DNA of 63,611 nt, filler included, from Reticulomyxa filosa (Eukaryota > Protista > Foraminifera), in NCBI GenBank assembly GCA_000512085.1. It is 13 parts of 13 records of this genome, joined end to end, with 100 filler letters (N's around TTAATTAATTAA, not from the genome) between each part and the next. Parts side by side here need not be neighbours in the genome. Positions count along the whole stretch, not along the records: positions 2,856 to 20,630 come from ASPP01019917.1; positions 20,731 to 22,532 come from ASPP01015294.1; positions 22,633 to 29,256 come from ASPP01005242.1; 10 more parts are not named here. One strand, 5' to 3'. The notes below the pieces were generated by a model, which worked only from the letters and a program-made list of their open reading frames with translations, was not told the DNA's origin and searched no databases. Positions 13,170 to 25,329 of the stretch are shown here, one piece after another. Numbering within the stretch: position 1 is the first letter of the stretch; every line of letters begins with the position of its first letter. Position numbers and translations under genes: made by a program.

Positions 13170-13980
13170 AGATAAATCAAGAAGCAGCGTCCCAAGTCCA
13201 CCAACAGCAGCAGGAACTCCAAGATCGACCCCAAGAGTTACCACATGAACCACTCCAAGAACAGCACAACGAGCAACAATCTCTGCTATCAGAAGAAGCA
13301 AAACAAGCACAACAACAGCAAAATCCAAGAAAAAGGAGCCTATCAGAAGCAATTGACGAAAAAGAAATAGAAGAAGTGCAGCCCCCATTGAAGAGAACAA
13401 GAGTTCTTTTGTTTTTATATTTAAAAAAACGGGAAAAAATTTAAAACATGCAAATATGTACATAAAATGGAAAAACAGATTGCTAAACTCTGTGAACGTA
13501 TACGTACATATATGGGCACATGGATGACAACATTGAAAAGTTGGTGGGCGAAGCTAATAGGCAGCAAAATGCCAAGGGTAAATTATCTTATATGGCTACA
13601 ATCTCCGTAAATTAGTTCATATGACTAGTTCATGTTTATGATATACTATTTAGGATCAATCTGAAGAACATGCTCATCAAGAGCAGCAACAACAACCAGA
13701 GACAAACGAACATGAAGAGACAAAGGAGCAGAATCAAGATCAAATTGACGAACAGGAAGATAAACATGAAGAAAAAGACGATCATAATAATGAACAGGGA
13801 CAGCAAGTGCCACAATTGAATAATACCAACAAAGAAGATGAAGACATCGAACGAATGAAAAGGGAGTTGGGAGATCAAGATGAGCAAAAAATAAAAGAAA
13901 AAGCCAAAAAGGTCGTCAATTCAGTGCTCAGTGGCCATAGCAGAAAAATGATAATTCGTTTTAAATTGCTGCCGCGATAA
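13170..13980 (+). CDS. Gln/Glu-rich protein, paralog of 3725-5145 (spliced; intactness uncertain)
   Basis: Manual translation ...QQQQNPRKRSLSEAIDEKEIEEVQPPLKRTRV and ...KEKAKKVVNSVLSGHSRKMIIRFKL parallels ...MKRSRREMNEDDVSQESGPAPKRQRV and ...KANEMMEKILKDAMSDYCGKRCLFLKF. Confidence 0.5.
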
Positions 13981-14169
13981 TGCAATAATGTATGTAATAT
14001 ACACTACATCTTATCTTTGAAAATGTTATGTCATTTGCGATGAGAAAAAATCCAAACAAAATAATAATAACTTTCTAATTCTCGTTTTGTTTTATGTATA
14101 AATGTGCAATTCAGTTATTGGATGACATCAAGACAAACCGAACAGCATTTCCAATCTATGGGTCTTGTT

Positions 14170-14550
14170 CATTTGAGTTAAATCGCATTGGATTAGATTA
14201 CGTTGGATGATTTTGGATTAAGTTGATTTGGATCGATCTAAGTCTGTCTGGATTAAGTTGGTTAGATTAAGTTGGAATAAATTATGCTGGATTAAGTTTT
14301 GCTGTGTTGTATTGGATCAGGTTGTATTGATTGGATTGCTTTGGATTGGATTGAGTTGATTTGAGTTGGGTTAGTTTGAGTTATGTTTTGTTGAGTTAAA
14401 TTGGGGTTGTTGAATTATATTAAGTTAGTTTGAATTGATTTGAGTTAATTGGGTTGGTGCAAGTAAGTTTACACTAAATTGAGTTAAGTATGTTAGTTGG
14501 TTAGGTTAGTTTGATTGTATAATAAATAAATGAATTGAATTTGATTGGAT
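14170..14550 (-). repeat. Degenerate pentamer satellite (GAGTT/GGATT/GGGTT)n, reverse complement of the 3150-3480 type
   Basis: Visible 5-nt periodicity. Confidence 0.85.
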
Positions 14551-15179
14551 TGGAAAGTGATAATTAAAATTGATAGCAGCAGGTGGATGGACTTGAATCG
14601 CACTTGACAACAATATAAATGACAAATTTATTTTTATAATAATAAATTTAAAAAAACAGGATATTGAAAAAAAGAAAAAGGGGGAGAAAGTAACATTGAA
14701 TACCTTGCTGAAGCGAAAAATAGTCAATTAAACAATTTAAGTCGATATACGTACATATATTTCCCTTTTTTCCTTTTTTGTTCTATTGCAAAAATAAACA
14801 TCAATCAACATCAATTGTGTGTTGTGTTTTTATGTGATATGTGTTTGTGTTTGTATTTTGTGTTGAATTGTATGTATCATATGAAAAGTGAAAAAGGGTT
14901 AGCAAAAAATGAAAGCGACGAAACTACACCAACAAAATGGACAATAAAATTTAAGTTTCTTTTTTGTTATTCTTTATGTCAGGCTGTTGTTTGAATTGCA
15001 AAATGATACTACCATATGTTTGTGTATTTAGGCAAGGTATTCATGTTGCTTTCTCCCTTCGATTTTTTATATCAAATACCTGTTCCAAATGAAAGGATAA
15101 AAAAAATAACTTTGATTTGGATAACAAAAGTCAATGCGATTCATTCATCACCTGACGAAGCAATTTAATTATCACTAGT

Positions 15180-15555
15180 ACGACTCAATCTTATTCAGTG
15201 GAAAAAAATTAATACAATCAAATTGATCTAATTAATTCAATTAATACAGCTCAATTTAGTGCAGCCCAATAATAATTTCCATTAAGCTCAAATCAATCCA
15301 CGCTGGCTCAATATAATTCAATCAATTTCAATACAACTCAATCTAATTTATATTGAACTACTTCAACTCAAATCAATTCAATCTGTTCAATTCAGCTCGA
15401 TTCGATCCTGTTCAATGTAATACAGTTTAATTTAATTTAATTTAGTTCAATTAGTTTGATTCAATTTGATTCAGTTCGATTTAATTCGGTTCGATTTCAT
15501 TTAATCTAATTCCATTCGGTTTAATTTAATTCAATGAAATTCAATTCAATTGAAT
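15180..15555 (+). repeat. Degenerate pentamer satellite (AATTC/AACTC/AATTT)n
   Basis: Visible 5-nt periodicity, e.g. ttcaa ttcaa ttcag. Confidence 0.8.
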
Positions 15556-17193
15556 CACTTGTCTCGTTTATTATATGATGGTATCACATATATCTCTTTT
15601 TTTGCTTGTTGTGAAAGAATGAGTGCGTATAATAAAATTTGATAAATGTGTAAATGATTTGAATAGACAATGATAATTGCATATAGATAAAGACAAGATA
15701 AAGCAAATGCATAGTTCAATTTTAAATGATTGCAAAGTACGTCTTGTCGTCATCATTATTTATTATAGACAACGATCACTCAATAATCAATACATGCATT
15801 AAATATATGTACACATACATAATATTTGAGTAAATAGACCTTAACTAAACAGTTGCAAAAGAAAAACAAGCAAAACAGCATTGAACAATGTAGACTTCAT
15901 CATTATTTGGACACTTCTAAGCTATAATAGCATCGTCGATGGCTTGGACCATAGCTATTCAATGCCACTTTCATATTTATTGTATTCATCCTATTCTCAC
16001 TCTTAGTCCTTTTCTATATCCATGTCAACTGCGGCATTTGATAAAACAGATTACATACTTGGACTTGCAATCTGCTTTTAATCAATAACAAAATGATTGG
16101 AAATGCAATGTCGCATATCACTGACGTTTTGATACAAAGTACTGATGAATTGGCACTTCCTTTTTATTAACAGTACGTATTTTTTTAAATAACACAAACA
16201 TGCAGATTCTCATGACATGTGTACATTTGTAAATAGACATGCAATTGGGTTAAACAACACAATCGGATATCCATTGGAAATAATGTTGATGATACCACAC
16301 CAGCTGCATTTCGTTGATATATCGTTCTATATAGTTCAATTTCATAATCTTATTCAGTCGTGCATTGCATATTCTAGTGTTTGTGGGCATGATGAAGAAA
16401 GTAATTAAATACACTGCAAAAGTAATTAAGTGATTATAAAGCATATTAATGTTTCCTTTCTATAATATGTTCATATTCATCCCCTATCCGACCAAAAATC
16501 AAAACATAATCTTTTGGAATGTAGCAGAGATTGTCTATTGCATAATTTGTCTGTCAAGTCTATGACTCATTCGATCAACAACATTTTCATTGCAGGTTCA
16601 TTGAGTCATCCACTTCGGCTCCTTTATTCATTTGCTCATTTATCCGTCCATTCATTAATGCATCGTCGATTTGTTTATTAGTCCATTTTATCTTATCGAT
16701 GACGCTGTCCATCATTGTCTCTCTTTTGCAAAAAGAAATCATCTTTATCACTTGTACTAACAGTTTTTTTTGTTTGAGAGTTAGTAGCAGTTGTGTTGGA
16801 AATGGTGTGGCATACCACTTTCACAATAACCTTTTTTGATTATCTTCGATTTGTCACACATGCCAAGAATATTGAAGAAGTTCTATTTCTGGAATATAAA
16901 TACACTCCATCACTTAAAACTGAATCCTTTGAAAAATTGTGTGATGTCCTTTTATTTTTGTTTGAATTTGTGTTTGCATTTATGTGGCCTTTACCATTCG
17001 TTCTTTTTTTTTGTTATAAACGAATGACGACTTTTTTCCTGAAAGTTTCAACACTGCCTTCTACTCCCATCATAGCATTTCTTTCAGGGTCCTGTTTAAC
17101 ATCACACTAAAAATGTGTTCTCTTCTTGACAACATGTTCTTTTTAAATATACGTCATTAATAGTGGCACTAAAAAAAAAGTTCTCTTTTTTCT

Positions 17194-17805
17194 TTATTTT
17201 GTCTTTCGTCCATATCGCAATGCTAATTCAATTCCAACTTCGCAAGTATAGTGATAAATAGTAAATGCGGTTGTAGTGATCCCAACAAATTGCCAAGTTT
17301 TTTGTATGTAACACATTGTTTGAATATCTTTAATTATCACATTTGCATAAATACTTTGTCGATAGAAAGGATTGTCATTATAATATAGTACTCTTTTAGA
17401 CTTTCTGTGGTACATAAGGCTTGGTCTGAACTTTGGTACTTGCCAACACATAATATGTAACACATTTGTGTTCCAAGAAAACCAACAATGTAATTCACTC
17501 AAGCCATTTGTCACTACACTAGCCAATATTGTAGTAATCCCATCTGGGACAAAGCGTCCAATGTAAATGTGCATATCGATTTAATCAACAATTGTCAATA
17601 TAAAAACTGGCATTTTGCTTGTTCAATACCCTTCTGCTCTCTGTGTTGTCGAGAGTTGTCGTCGAAAATGGCCAATGTATATAACTCCCAAGCAACATAC
17701 TTTGGACAAGTGAATAGCCGCCTCTTTAGCTAATATTTCATTCTTATTCAATATATCTTCCATTCTTTTCAAACTCTCGAATTGGTAAACTTTCAATTTC
17801 ATCAA
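17194..17805 (-). pseudogene. Interrupted coding region of unknown family
   Basis: Two consecutive ORFs (17623-17805 and 17194-17574) with globular-looking composition, separated by stops; no motif recognised. Confidence 0.3.
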
Positions 17806-18654
17806 TCAATAGTCCTTCATCTTCAAGTTCACGTTTCTTGCGTTTTCTGTCGAAATGACACATTGTAAGTAGTGTCATTTCTACCTTGCGATATATTTGT
17901 CATCTGCGGACATATACGTTTTGTGTGTGTGTATTAAAAACATTGACGGATAAATGCGCATCGACAGTTAGGGTCTGCAATACATCGGTCATATGTTCAA
18001 AGACGAATTTCATTTGTTTATATAGTGGATTCATCTTGCTTGTTTTTAAAAATTTATATTCACAAAATTGTGAACAATTTTTATAATAATTTCAGAAATA
18101 AGTTAGATAAAAGTTTTTTTCATGGCTAGTCTATTAAAAAAGCAAAAATGTTTCGTACATTCAAGATTAGTCACGGAATTGATAGCTCGAATCTATTTCT
18201 CACAGCAATGTGAATCCCTTTGTTTTGTCCAAAAGAAAATAACTTTATTATGTTGTAAATAAGTTATCGCGTCCATGTATTTATGTTTGAAAACACATGC
18301 ACGCGCCGAGTTAACATGTATTCTACATTTTTTTTAGAAGATTTTTTTTTAAACAAAACATCTATTAATAAGTACCCATCGAAGTAAATACAAATACATA
18401 AGTAATAATACTTTGAATATTTACTGAAACCAGAGAAAACAGACAAACAAATAAAAGAAAAGTTTTGTTTTTTAAATTAGAAACAATGGATCGAAATAAT
18501 ATTTAATAACCAAATTGAGAATACTTTGTGCCATTCAAATACACTCATGATTATGTGTTTCGAAAAAAAAAAATTTTAAAAAAATGTCGACTAAATACAA
18601 ACGCAGCGACATCACAGAGCCAAAAATAAAAAATTTACTTTCTTGAAAGCGCCT

Positions 18655-20275
18655 TAATGTAGAGCTGAGTTGTTGAAATTGGAAGTGCCATGTCTTTGTT
18701 TGGCTAAATATTGTTTGTACTGGTCTTCTACTGAAACATCGACACGAGATCGAAATTTGTCGGCGTCACCTTCTCGTTTGACGATTTCTTCTCGGATTTG
18801 CATCAACGCCTTGACTAGCATTTTTTTCAAGTTTGACTTGGTTTAATTCATTTTCGATATCCTCTTCACTGGGTCCACGCTTGATGGCCGTCAAATTGCT
18901 CTGGACTTTGTACTTGCGCTGCATTTGCACTTACTGCTCTTGAAACGTTTGCTTCAGCTTGACAATCTCCGTCGCCCAGCGTTTCAGTTTGCTCTTGCAA
19001 TTGCGTATTTTCTCATGCAGTCTCTATTTCTCTAATCCATTGTCACTTAATTTCTGCTCAATTTCCCATTTTTGAACCTTCCACCTGCTTATCTCGCGCA
19101 TTCTATCGAACAACGAATTCTGCATAAAATTCAGTATTCCTTGGCCTGTACAAAAAAAAGCACAACAAGAAATGATAACAATAACAATAATTAATAATGA
19201 TAAATAATAATAAATATTATTACAGTAATACAAATATTATCTAATAATAATATTTATTATTATTTATCATTATTAATTTTGTTGTTGTTATCATTTCTTA
19301 CCGTGCTCGCCTCGCCTCTCTATCCTAAAGTTTTAGTGAATCTGTTTTATAGCGCTCTTCCAATTCGTTTCGGTCTTACTCTGTTTGCGCGATAAGCATT
19401 TGCAGTTGCTGCATAAAGCGCTAGTAGATATCGTCAAGCTTAGGCTGCACGCGCTGGGAGACCAGGATGTTGGTGCTACTCCCTTTCTCGAACTTGAGTA
19501 TAGCGCTACGTAGTTGTTACTTGGATTATGCCCCGACGGAGACGGGTGTTCCCAGCAACGCATCTTCAGTCTGATTTCCGTCAACTGCATTAAAAACTGT
19601 GGCTGTAATAGTTGTAATACCACACATTCGAAGTCAAGCAGATTTTGTGTTAATCTTCCAAATCCAAAAACCTGTTTTTCAAAACGAAAACATTAAAAAA
19701 TTATCCTAAAAAACTTGGTAAAAAAAAGGGGGTAATAATAACAATAAATAAGTGAATAATTTTTTTTTTGATAATAATAAATAAAGGTAACTGCAAAAGA
19801 CTGCGTTTATTTGCATCGGAAAATTGAGATATATCTTTAAGCAGAGAAAATTTTTTAGATTACAGGAGGAGTTCGTCCAAATGGTTTCGACTTGTGCTAT
19901 CTCGATGGAGACGGATCTGTGTCTGTGTAGACAGATGTTGCGACTTGCCGTCCGGATTTTTTGTATTTTTGTCCTTTTGTCTTCGCCTCAGTTTTCGTGT
20001 TCATTTCGTATTCATTTTCGTTTCCTACTGCTTCTTTTTTGCTTTGTATCTTTCATCATCGCTTCTTATTATTGTTATTATTGTTTGCCAGCTTGTGCGT
20101 GTTTAATTTGTCCAGGCCGTTGCTTTGTCTCTCGTTCAACACTTGCAACAATATCATACGGTCCAAGTCTGCTTCTCGCAATAAACGCTTGAAAATCAAC
20201 TTCTCTTGGATCATCATAACGTTGTTGCGTTGAAGAACACCACAAATTTCCAGTACCTGCAGAAGATGAAAACAT
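18655..20275 (-). pseudogene. Three-exon coiled-coil protein pseudogene
   Basis: Coiled-coil-like translations (FMQQLQMLIAQTE*DRNELEERYK; KLKRWATEIVKLKQTFQEQ*VQMQRK) with GT-AG introns, several in-frame TAA/TAG and at least one frameshift. Confidence 0.55.
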
Positions 20276-20769
20276 ACTAGAAGTTTTTTTTCTAAGAACT
20301 AAAGTTCCGCCTTGTCTGCAGAAGCTAACCAGACCGATTATTAAAAAATGCAAGCTTAACCAATTTGTACTGCAGTTGTTTGCGCAAAGTTTCAGTGCAC
20401 GTGCTTTATGGAAACCTCAGTTGAATTATTAACCTTAAACACATAAAGGGAAAAAAAACAATACTTTTCCCCAGTTTGCAGTATCAACAATGTGCTGTTC
20501 TTTTTGTTCCACAACGTAGGTCTCCAAAGCTACCACAGCTGAACATAAAAAAAACTTTGTAATACAGTAGATTGCAAAAAAAACTGCCATACCTAAATGG
20601 CACTATATGAAGAAAATCGATTTCTCCATGNNNNNNNNNNNNNNNNNNNNNNNNNNNNNNNNNNNNNNNNNNNNTTAATTAATTAANNNNNNNNNNNNNN
20701 NNNNNNNNNNNNNNNNNNNNNNNNNNNNNNTTTTTTTTTTTTTAAAGAACTTATTTCATTCAAAAATTC

Positions 20770-21105
20770 ATACTTTCCAACGTCACAAGAAATTGCCAGA
20801 ACTTGCTGTGAATCGTCGATGCATGCTTTCAACAACTTGTCACGAGCAGCTCTCAAATTCTTTTCATTTCTTGCCACTATTGACACGCTTGCTCCTTTTT
20901 TTATACACGCGTGCGCAATCCAGTAACCAATCCCTTTCGACGCGCCTGTTATCAGCACTCTCCCACCCTTCAGCTTTATCTTTGGCTCTCGCACTCGACA
21001 CAACAAATGCCAAAGCAATATAAAACCAAATAACCCACCAAAATATTTCAATGATGGCTTCAGTCTCTTTATTGTAGCAATTCCAGGATTGGAATTATCA
21101 CTCAT
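20770..21105 (-). CDS. KDSR: 3-ketodihydrosphingosine reductase-like SDR, first exon (truncated by contig end)
   Basis: N-terminal TM helix, then VLITGASKGIG (TGxxxGxG) and VSIVARNEKNL...ISCDV, typical of KDSR/TSC10. Confidence 0.7.
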
Positions 21106-21478
21106 ATTGATAATATCAAAGATTCAATAATAACCTTTTTTTTTTTTTTTTTTTTAAGTTTAATTGAGTTTTTCTCTTCTCAAACTTTAAAGTAATTTTG
21201 AAGCAGTACAGATGCCTAGCTATGTTAATGGATAATGACTAAATCTTGTGAACAGTTACAAGTTTCGCAAATCAGATTTAAAAGTTCAAGAAAATACTCG
21301 GTTTATTGTGAGATCAATTGGCCAAAGGTCTTTAAACACAAAAGAGTAACTCTACTTTTTTCCTCCAAGGGATAATTTCCATGACAATAAAACAAGAGTC
21401 AGATACTCTCTTTTTCTTGTTTGTTTTGGATATTGTGTAAAGAAAACAATTAAAAAAAAAGAACCCATTATTGATGCT

Positions 21479-21949
21479 TTATTCTGTGTCTTCCAGCAAA
21501 GCAGACACCATTACTTCTTTTTTGCACTCCGCGTCAATCAATTTTTTTGGAGTGTTCCATTCAATAAGAGTTGGAACAGCTTTCAAAGAAAAACGCTTGT
21601 CCTTTCGAAATATGCAATTGGGATCTTTCCAAAAAGGTCGATCGCCGACGTAGCATTTGATAAAAATACTTTTGTCCCATTCCTTGTCAGACAATTTGCT
21701 TAAGCATTTGTTGATTACAGGGTCAGCTTCTACGCAGTCAGGACACCACGAACCACCAGTTTTCTCATCGATTGTACCACAGAATAATACCCACACACGA
21801 GCATACTTTTTGCTGCTCTCTTCCAAACGACTGTTCAGTTCGTCCATTCCATTCACAACCACTATTCGTTTTTTACCCGAAGATTCTGCGTCCGTTTTAT
21901 GGGCAAGAAAGGCCATAATATCGTCTAATAGCTTTACAGAATCTGACAT
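21479..21949 (-). CDS. TXNDC17: Thioredoxin domain-containing protein 17 (TRP14/DUF953)
   Basis: GGSWCPDCVEADPVI active site, VGDRPFWKDPNCIFR and VPTLIEW are diagnostic of TRP14. Confidence 0.92.
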   Translation of the reverse strand: MSDSVKLLDDIMAFLAHKTDAESSGKKRIVVVNGMDELNSRLEESSKKYARVWVLFCGTIDEKTGGSWCPDCVEADPVINKCLSKLSDKEWDKSIFIKCYVGDRPFWKDPNCIFRKDKRFSLKAVPTLIEWNTPKKLIDAECKKEVMVSALLEDTE

Positions 21950-22206
21950 GAATAGATTTTTTTTGAGATCAATATTTTTTCAAGGTCTTGTAACGGGGAT
22001 CATTATTTTTAAAAAAATTTTTTAAGTGGTAATCAACAAACGTATTTTTTTTTTTTGGAGTAGTCGGTTCTCTTGTTTGTTTTACAGGTCCTATACAAAA
22101 GAAAAGAATAACATTTAGCAAAGAATTGAAAATAGACATTGGATAAGAAAAAAAAGCTGGTAGACCCTTTACAGTTGTGAACTTGCTCAGATTAAAAAAA
22201 GTTTTC

Positions 22207-22513
22207 ATGTTCCTTCACAAACGTGTAAGTGGTGTTCTGTACACCCGTTGCCTCCGTCATTTTTCTTACGCGAACGCATTTCCGAAGAAGGATAATGATG
22301 TAAAGTTCGACTTTGAAGACACAAAAACCTTTCTGACGCACAAATGCGAACGCCCGCGACTGTTTACCTATGCAAATAAGAATGAAATGATCAAATACTA
22401 CAAAGACATGTTCACAATTCGCCGAATGGAGTTACTGGCAGATCAATACTACAAAGCCAAAAAGATTTGGGGTTTTTGCCATTTGTATGACGGGCAAGAA
22501 GCTGTTTGTGTAG
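22207..22513 (+). CDS. PDHA1: Mitochondrial pyruvate dehydrogenase E1 alpha, first exon
   Basis: Presequence-like N-terminus, then IRRMELLADQYYKAKKIWGFCHLYDGQEAVCVG (GFCHL..GQEA motif). Confidence 0.92.
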
Positions 22514-23287
22514 GTTAAAAAAAAAAAAAAAANNNNNNNNNNNNNNNNNNNNNNNNNNNNNNNNNNNNNNNNNNNNTTAATTAATTAANNNNNNNNNNNN
22601 NNNNNNNNNNNNNNNNNNNNNNNNNNNNNNNNAAAAAAAAATTTAGAGAATCAATATTTGACATAAATCAATTACTGTGTATAAACTCTGATAAATCAAT
22701 ATTATGCCTTTTTTTTTGTTGTTGTGTACATACATTATTACACTTTCCTTCATTCAATAAAATGCCGAGCACAATCAAAATAAATCCAGACTGTAATCTT
22801 CTATTTCTAAGTTTAACTTGAAAGATTTTGTAATAAAAAAAGCTCAGTTGAGAAAAAGTATTGAAAGCTAAAGAGCTCTTTGTGTAATTTAACTCGAAAA
22901 CATTGTTTTGCATCACTTAGTATTGATATTTGATATCTTTACGTATCAAAAACTTTTCAAACAAGGTTATACAATGACGGATGTATAGATAGTACAACAT
23001 TTAAAAAAGAATAGAAAATTCCCACATAAAGAACACTTTAATTACAAACTAAAAACTTATAAGAAAAAAAATAAAAGAAGATAGTGTTTATAATTCTTAT
23101 ATTATTTCCTCATATATCTTGTAAAAATGGGCAAATAGCTATTGCTGTCATGATGTCGATGTTCCTTCGTTTTCTTTTGTGCTGATTGGTTGATGTTGCA
23201 AAGCCTTTTTTTATCAAACGAAAACACAAATAATGTACAATAAGCATATTTATGTACATATTCAATGAGGAAAAAAGCTCATTTAGA

Positions 23288-24839
23288 CTAAACTGATTGC
23301 GGCGATTTATCAAATTGTGCCTGCTGATCAAATGATGTTTGTTGCACAGTTTGTGGTTGCGATTGTGGCTGCAAGACAATGCTCGGAGGCACTGAACCTT
23401 GATAATAAATTACTACAACAGGTTGAGTACCGGCTTGAATAACTTGCGGCTGTTGCATTTGCGTGTATAAAGGTTGCTGGGTCTGTAATGCGATACCACC
23501 TAGTCCGGCCATTAAGCAAATTTTTTGTGTTCATAAAAAAAAAAGGTCGCAATGATATTGTAATTTTGAGCAAGCAATTTTATCTTCAGGATGTGCACAC
23601 ATTATATCTACACGTATTAAAGCACTATTCCCTTCAAAGATAAAAAGAGCCTTAAAAAACAAAACACAAAAACAAAAAAACTTTGCGGAAATGGAACAGA
23701 AGAACGTGGAATTCGTGATCTTTTCCACATGATGGCCCAACGAATAAGGACGGCTCCAGCAAAAAATACAAACCATCCATTGAAATAGCCAAAAACAGGG
23801 ATGTACAACATCATTAAAATACCCAAGACTAAGTCACGAAAGAAAAGTTGAAGATATTTTAACCATGACGATACTGCAAGTGCTCCAGTTTCGTTAGCGA
23901 CTTCCGCTTCTACACATCGCTCTTTTTTTTTTTTTTTTAAAAAAAATTTTGCACACAGCATAAAAAGCAATAGGAAAAAAAAAAAAAAAAAAAAGAGATT
24001 TAACATACGTGGGTTAAAATATTTGAAAACAATGAACGCCCATGAATCAATCACATGCCGAATACAAGATTTCTCAATAGGGTCAGCTCTCGAGTCGCAA
24101 CAACAAGAACGGTTGCTACTCTTTGAATTACAACGACCATTGCAACTTCTTTCCTCACATTCACAAGCACAACATTGCCCATTAATAGCATTGTAAAACT
24201 ATACACAAAAAAATACATACATAAATGTGTACATATGTATCGCAAAAGTAGTACAAGGAGTTTTTTTTTATATTAGAAATGATTAAAAAAAACAAACCAC
24301 AATAAAGCCTTTAGTGATTTCGACGATCATAGCGACGCTAAATATGATTGTGTAGGTGACAAATAGCGCAGTATAGCCTATACGTGGCTGACAATCACAT
24401 TCCATAGAATAACATGTATTACTTGTACAACCATACGCTATTATTTGTCCATGTGCATTTATGTCCTTTTTTCAGTTCATTTAACAACAACAAATTTATA
24501 GCTTTTCTTTCAGTGCATGGATCCACACAATCTATTTTTGTTGTTCTAACTGGGCCCTTCGTAGTAATAATGAACAATTTCACAGCCTGGGTTTTCGTTA
24601 CATGAATCGACACGATAGCAACTTACGGTACTGGGAGAATTCGCGTCAGCGGAATAATTCAAGGTGGAATAATTCACGTGATGCGAGAACTGATAATCGC
24701 CATAACAAGGAGTACGTATTGCCAACTGGTGATAACTAACATGAACCCAAACGAACGTGCAAACTATTATCAGCACGTCCAAAAAGGCAGCCCCGTACAA
24801 AAGCCAGGAGTACAAAAACAAAGGTTTTGATATTTGCAT
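23288..24839 (-). CDS. Cys-rich multi-pass membrane protein, tandem paralog A (multi-exon)
   Basis: TM helices with Cys-rich loops (CCCDSRADPIEKSCIRHVIDSWAF) and a Q/P-rich tail; exon-by-exon similarity to 25330-26735. The 3' end is approximate. Confidence 0.65.
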
Positions 24840-25329
24840 TGCCAACAAAACAAATGTTGAAATGTTGATGCTAACACTCTTTGGCACTAGAGATATCAAA
24901 AGAATGGCAGACAGGCACCAAGTTTTTTTTACCGTAACCTCAATAAAAACACGCTTTCCTAGTTTTCGGCGCATTTTACAAATATCAAAAAAGCATTGAT
25001 TGTACTTTGGAATTGTTTTGTCAACATTAAATTGTTTATTAGAATCGATGCAAATCTCAGATATAAAAAACTTCAAGTTTATTCTCACTTACAAAAAAAA
25101 AGATCTTTGAATACAAAAAACTTCAAAGTGAGGTCGAAAAAAAGACTGATTTACAATTTTGTAAATTTTCAGTCCTACTTTGTTTCTCTCAGTCTAAAAA
25201 CCAACAATTTATTACGAATAGGTTATAACCCCTCTTGATTTTCATTTGGTGGACCATCCTTTTTTTAAAGAAAATGTACGTAAAAAAAAAATGAAAAGAA
25301 ACACAGCGTAATAAAATAAAAACTAAACT

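Noticed and set aside
18931-19423. TAA/TAG reassigned to Gln (ciliate-type code)
   Set aside because: Conserved genes in the window terminate at TAA and have no internal TAR codons; the affected gene also has frameshifts.
22465-22485. PDH E1-alpha IWGFCHL instead of the usual IRGFCHL/IGGFCHL
   Set aside because: A single substitution at a position that varies between lineages; it cannot be separated from ordinary divergence or error.
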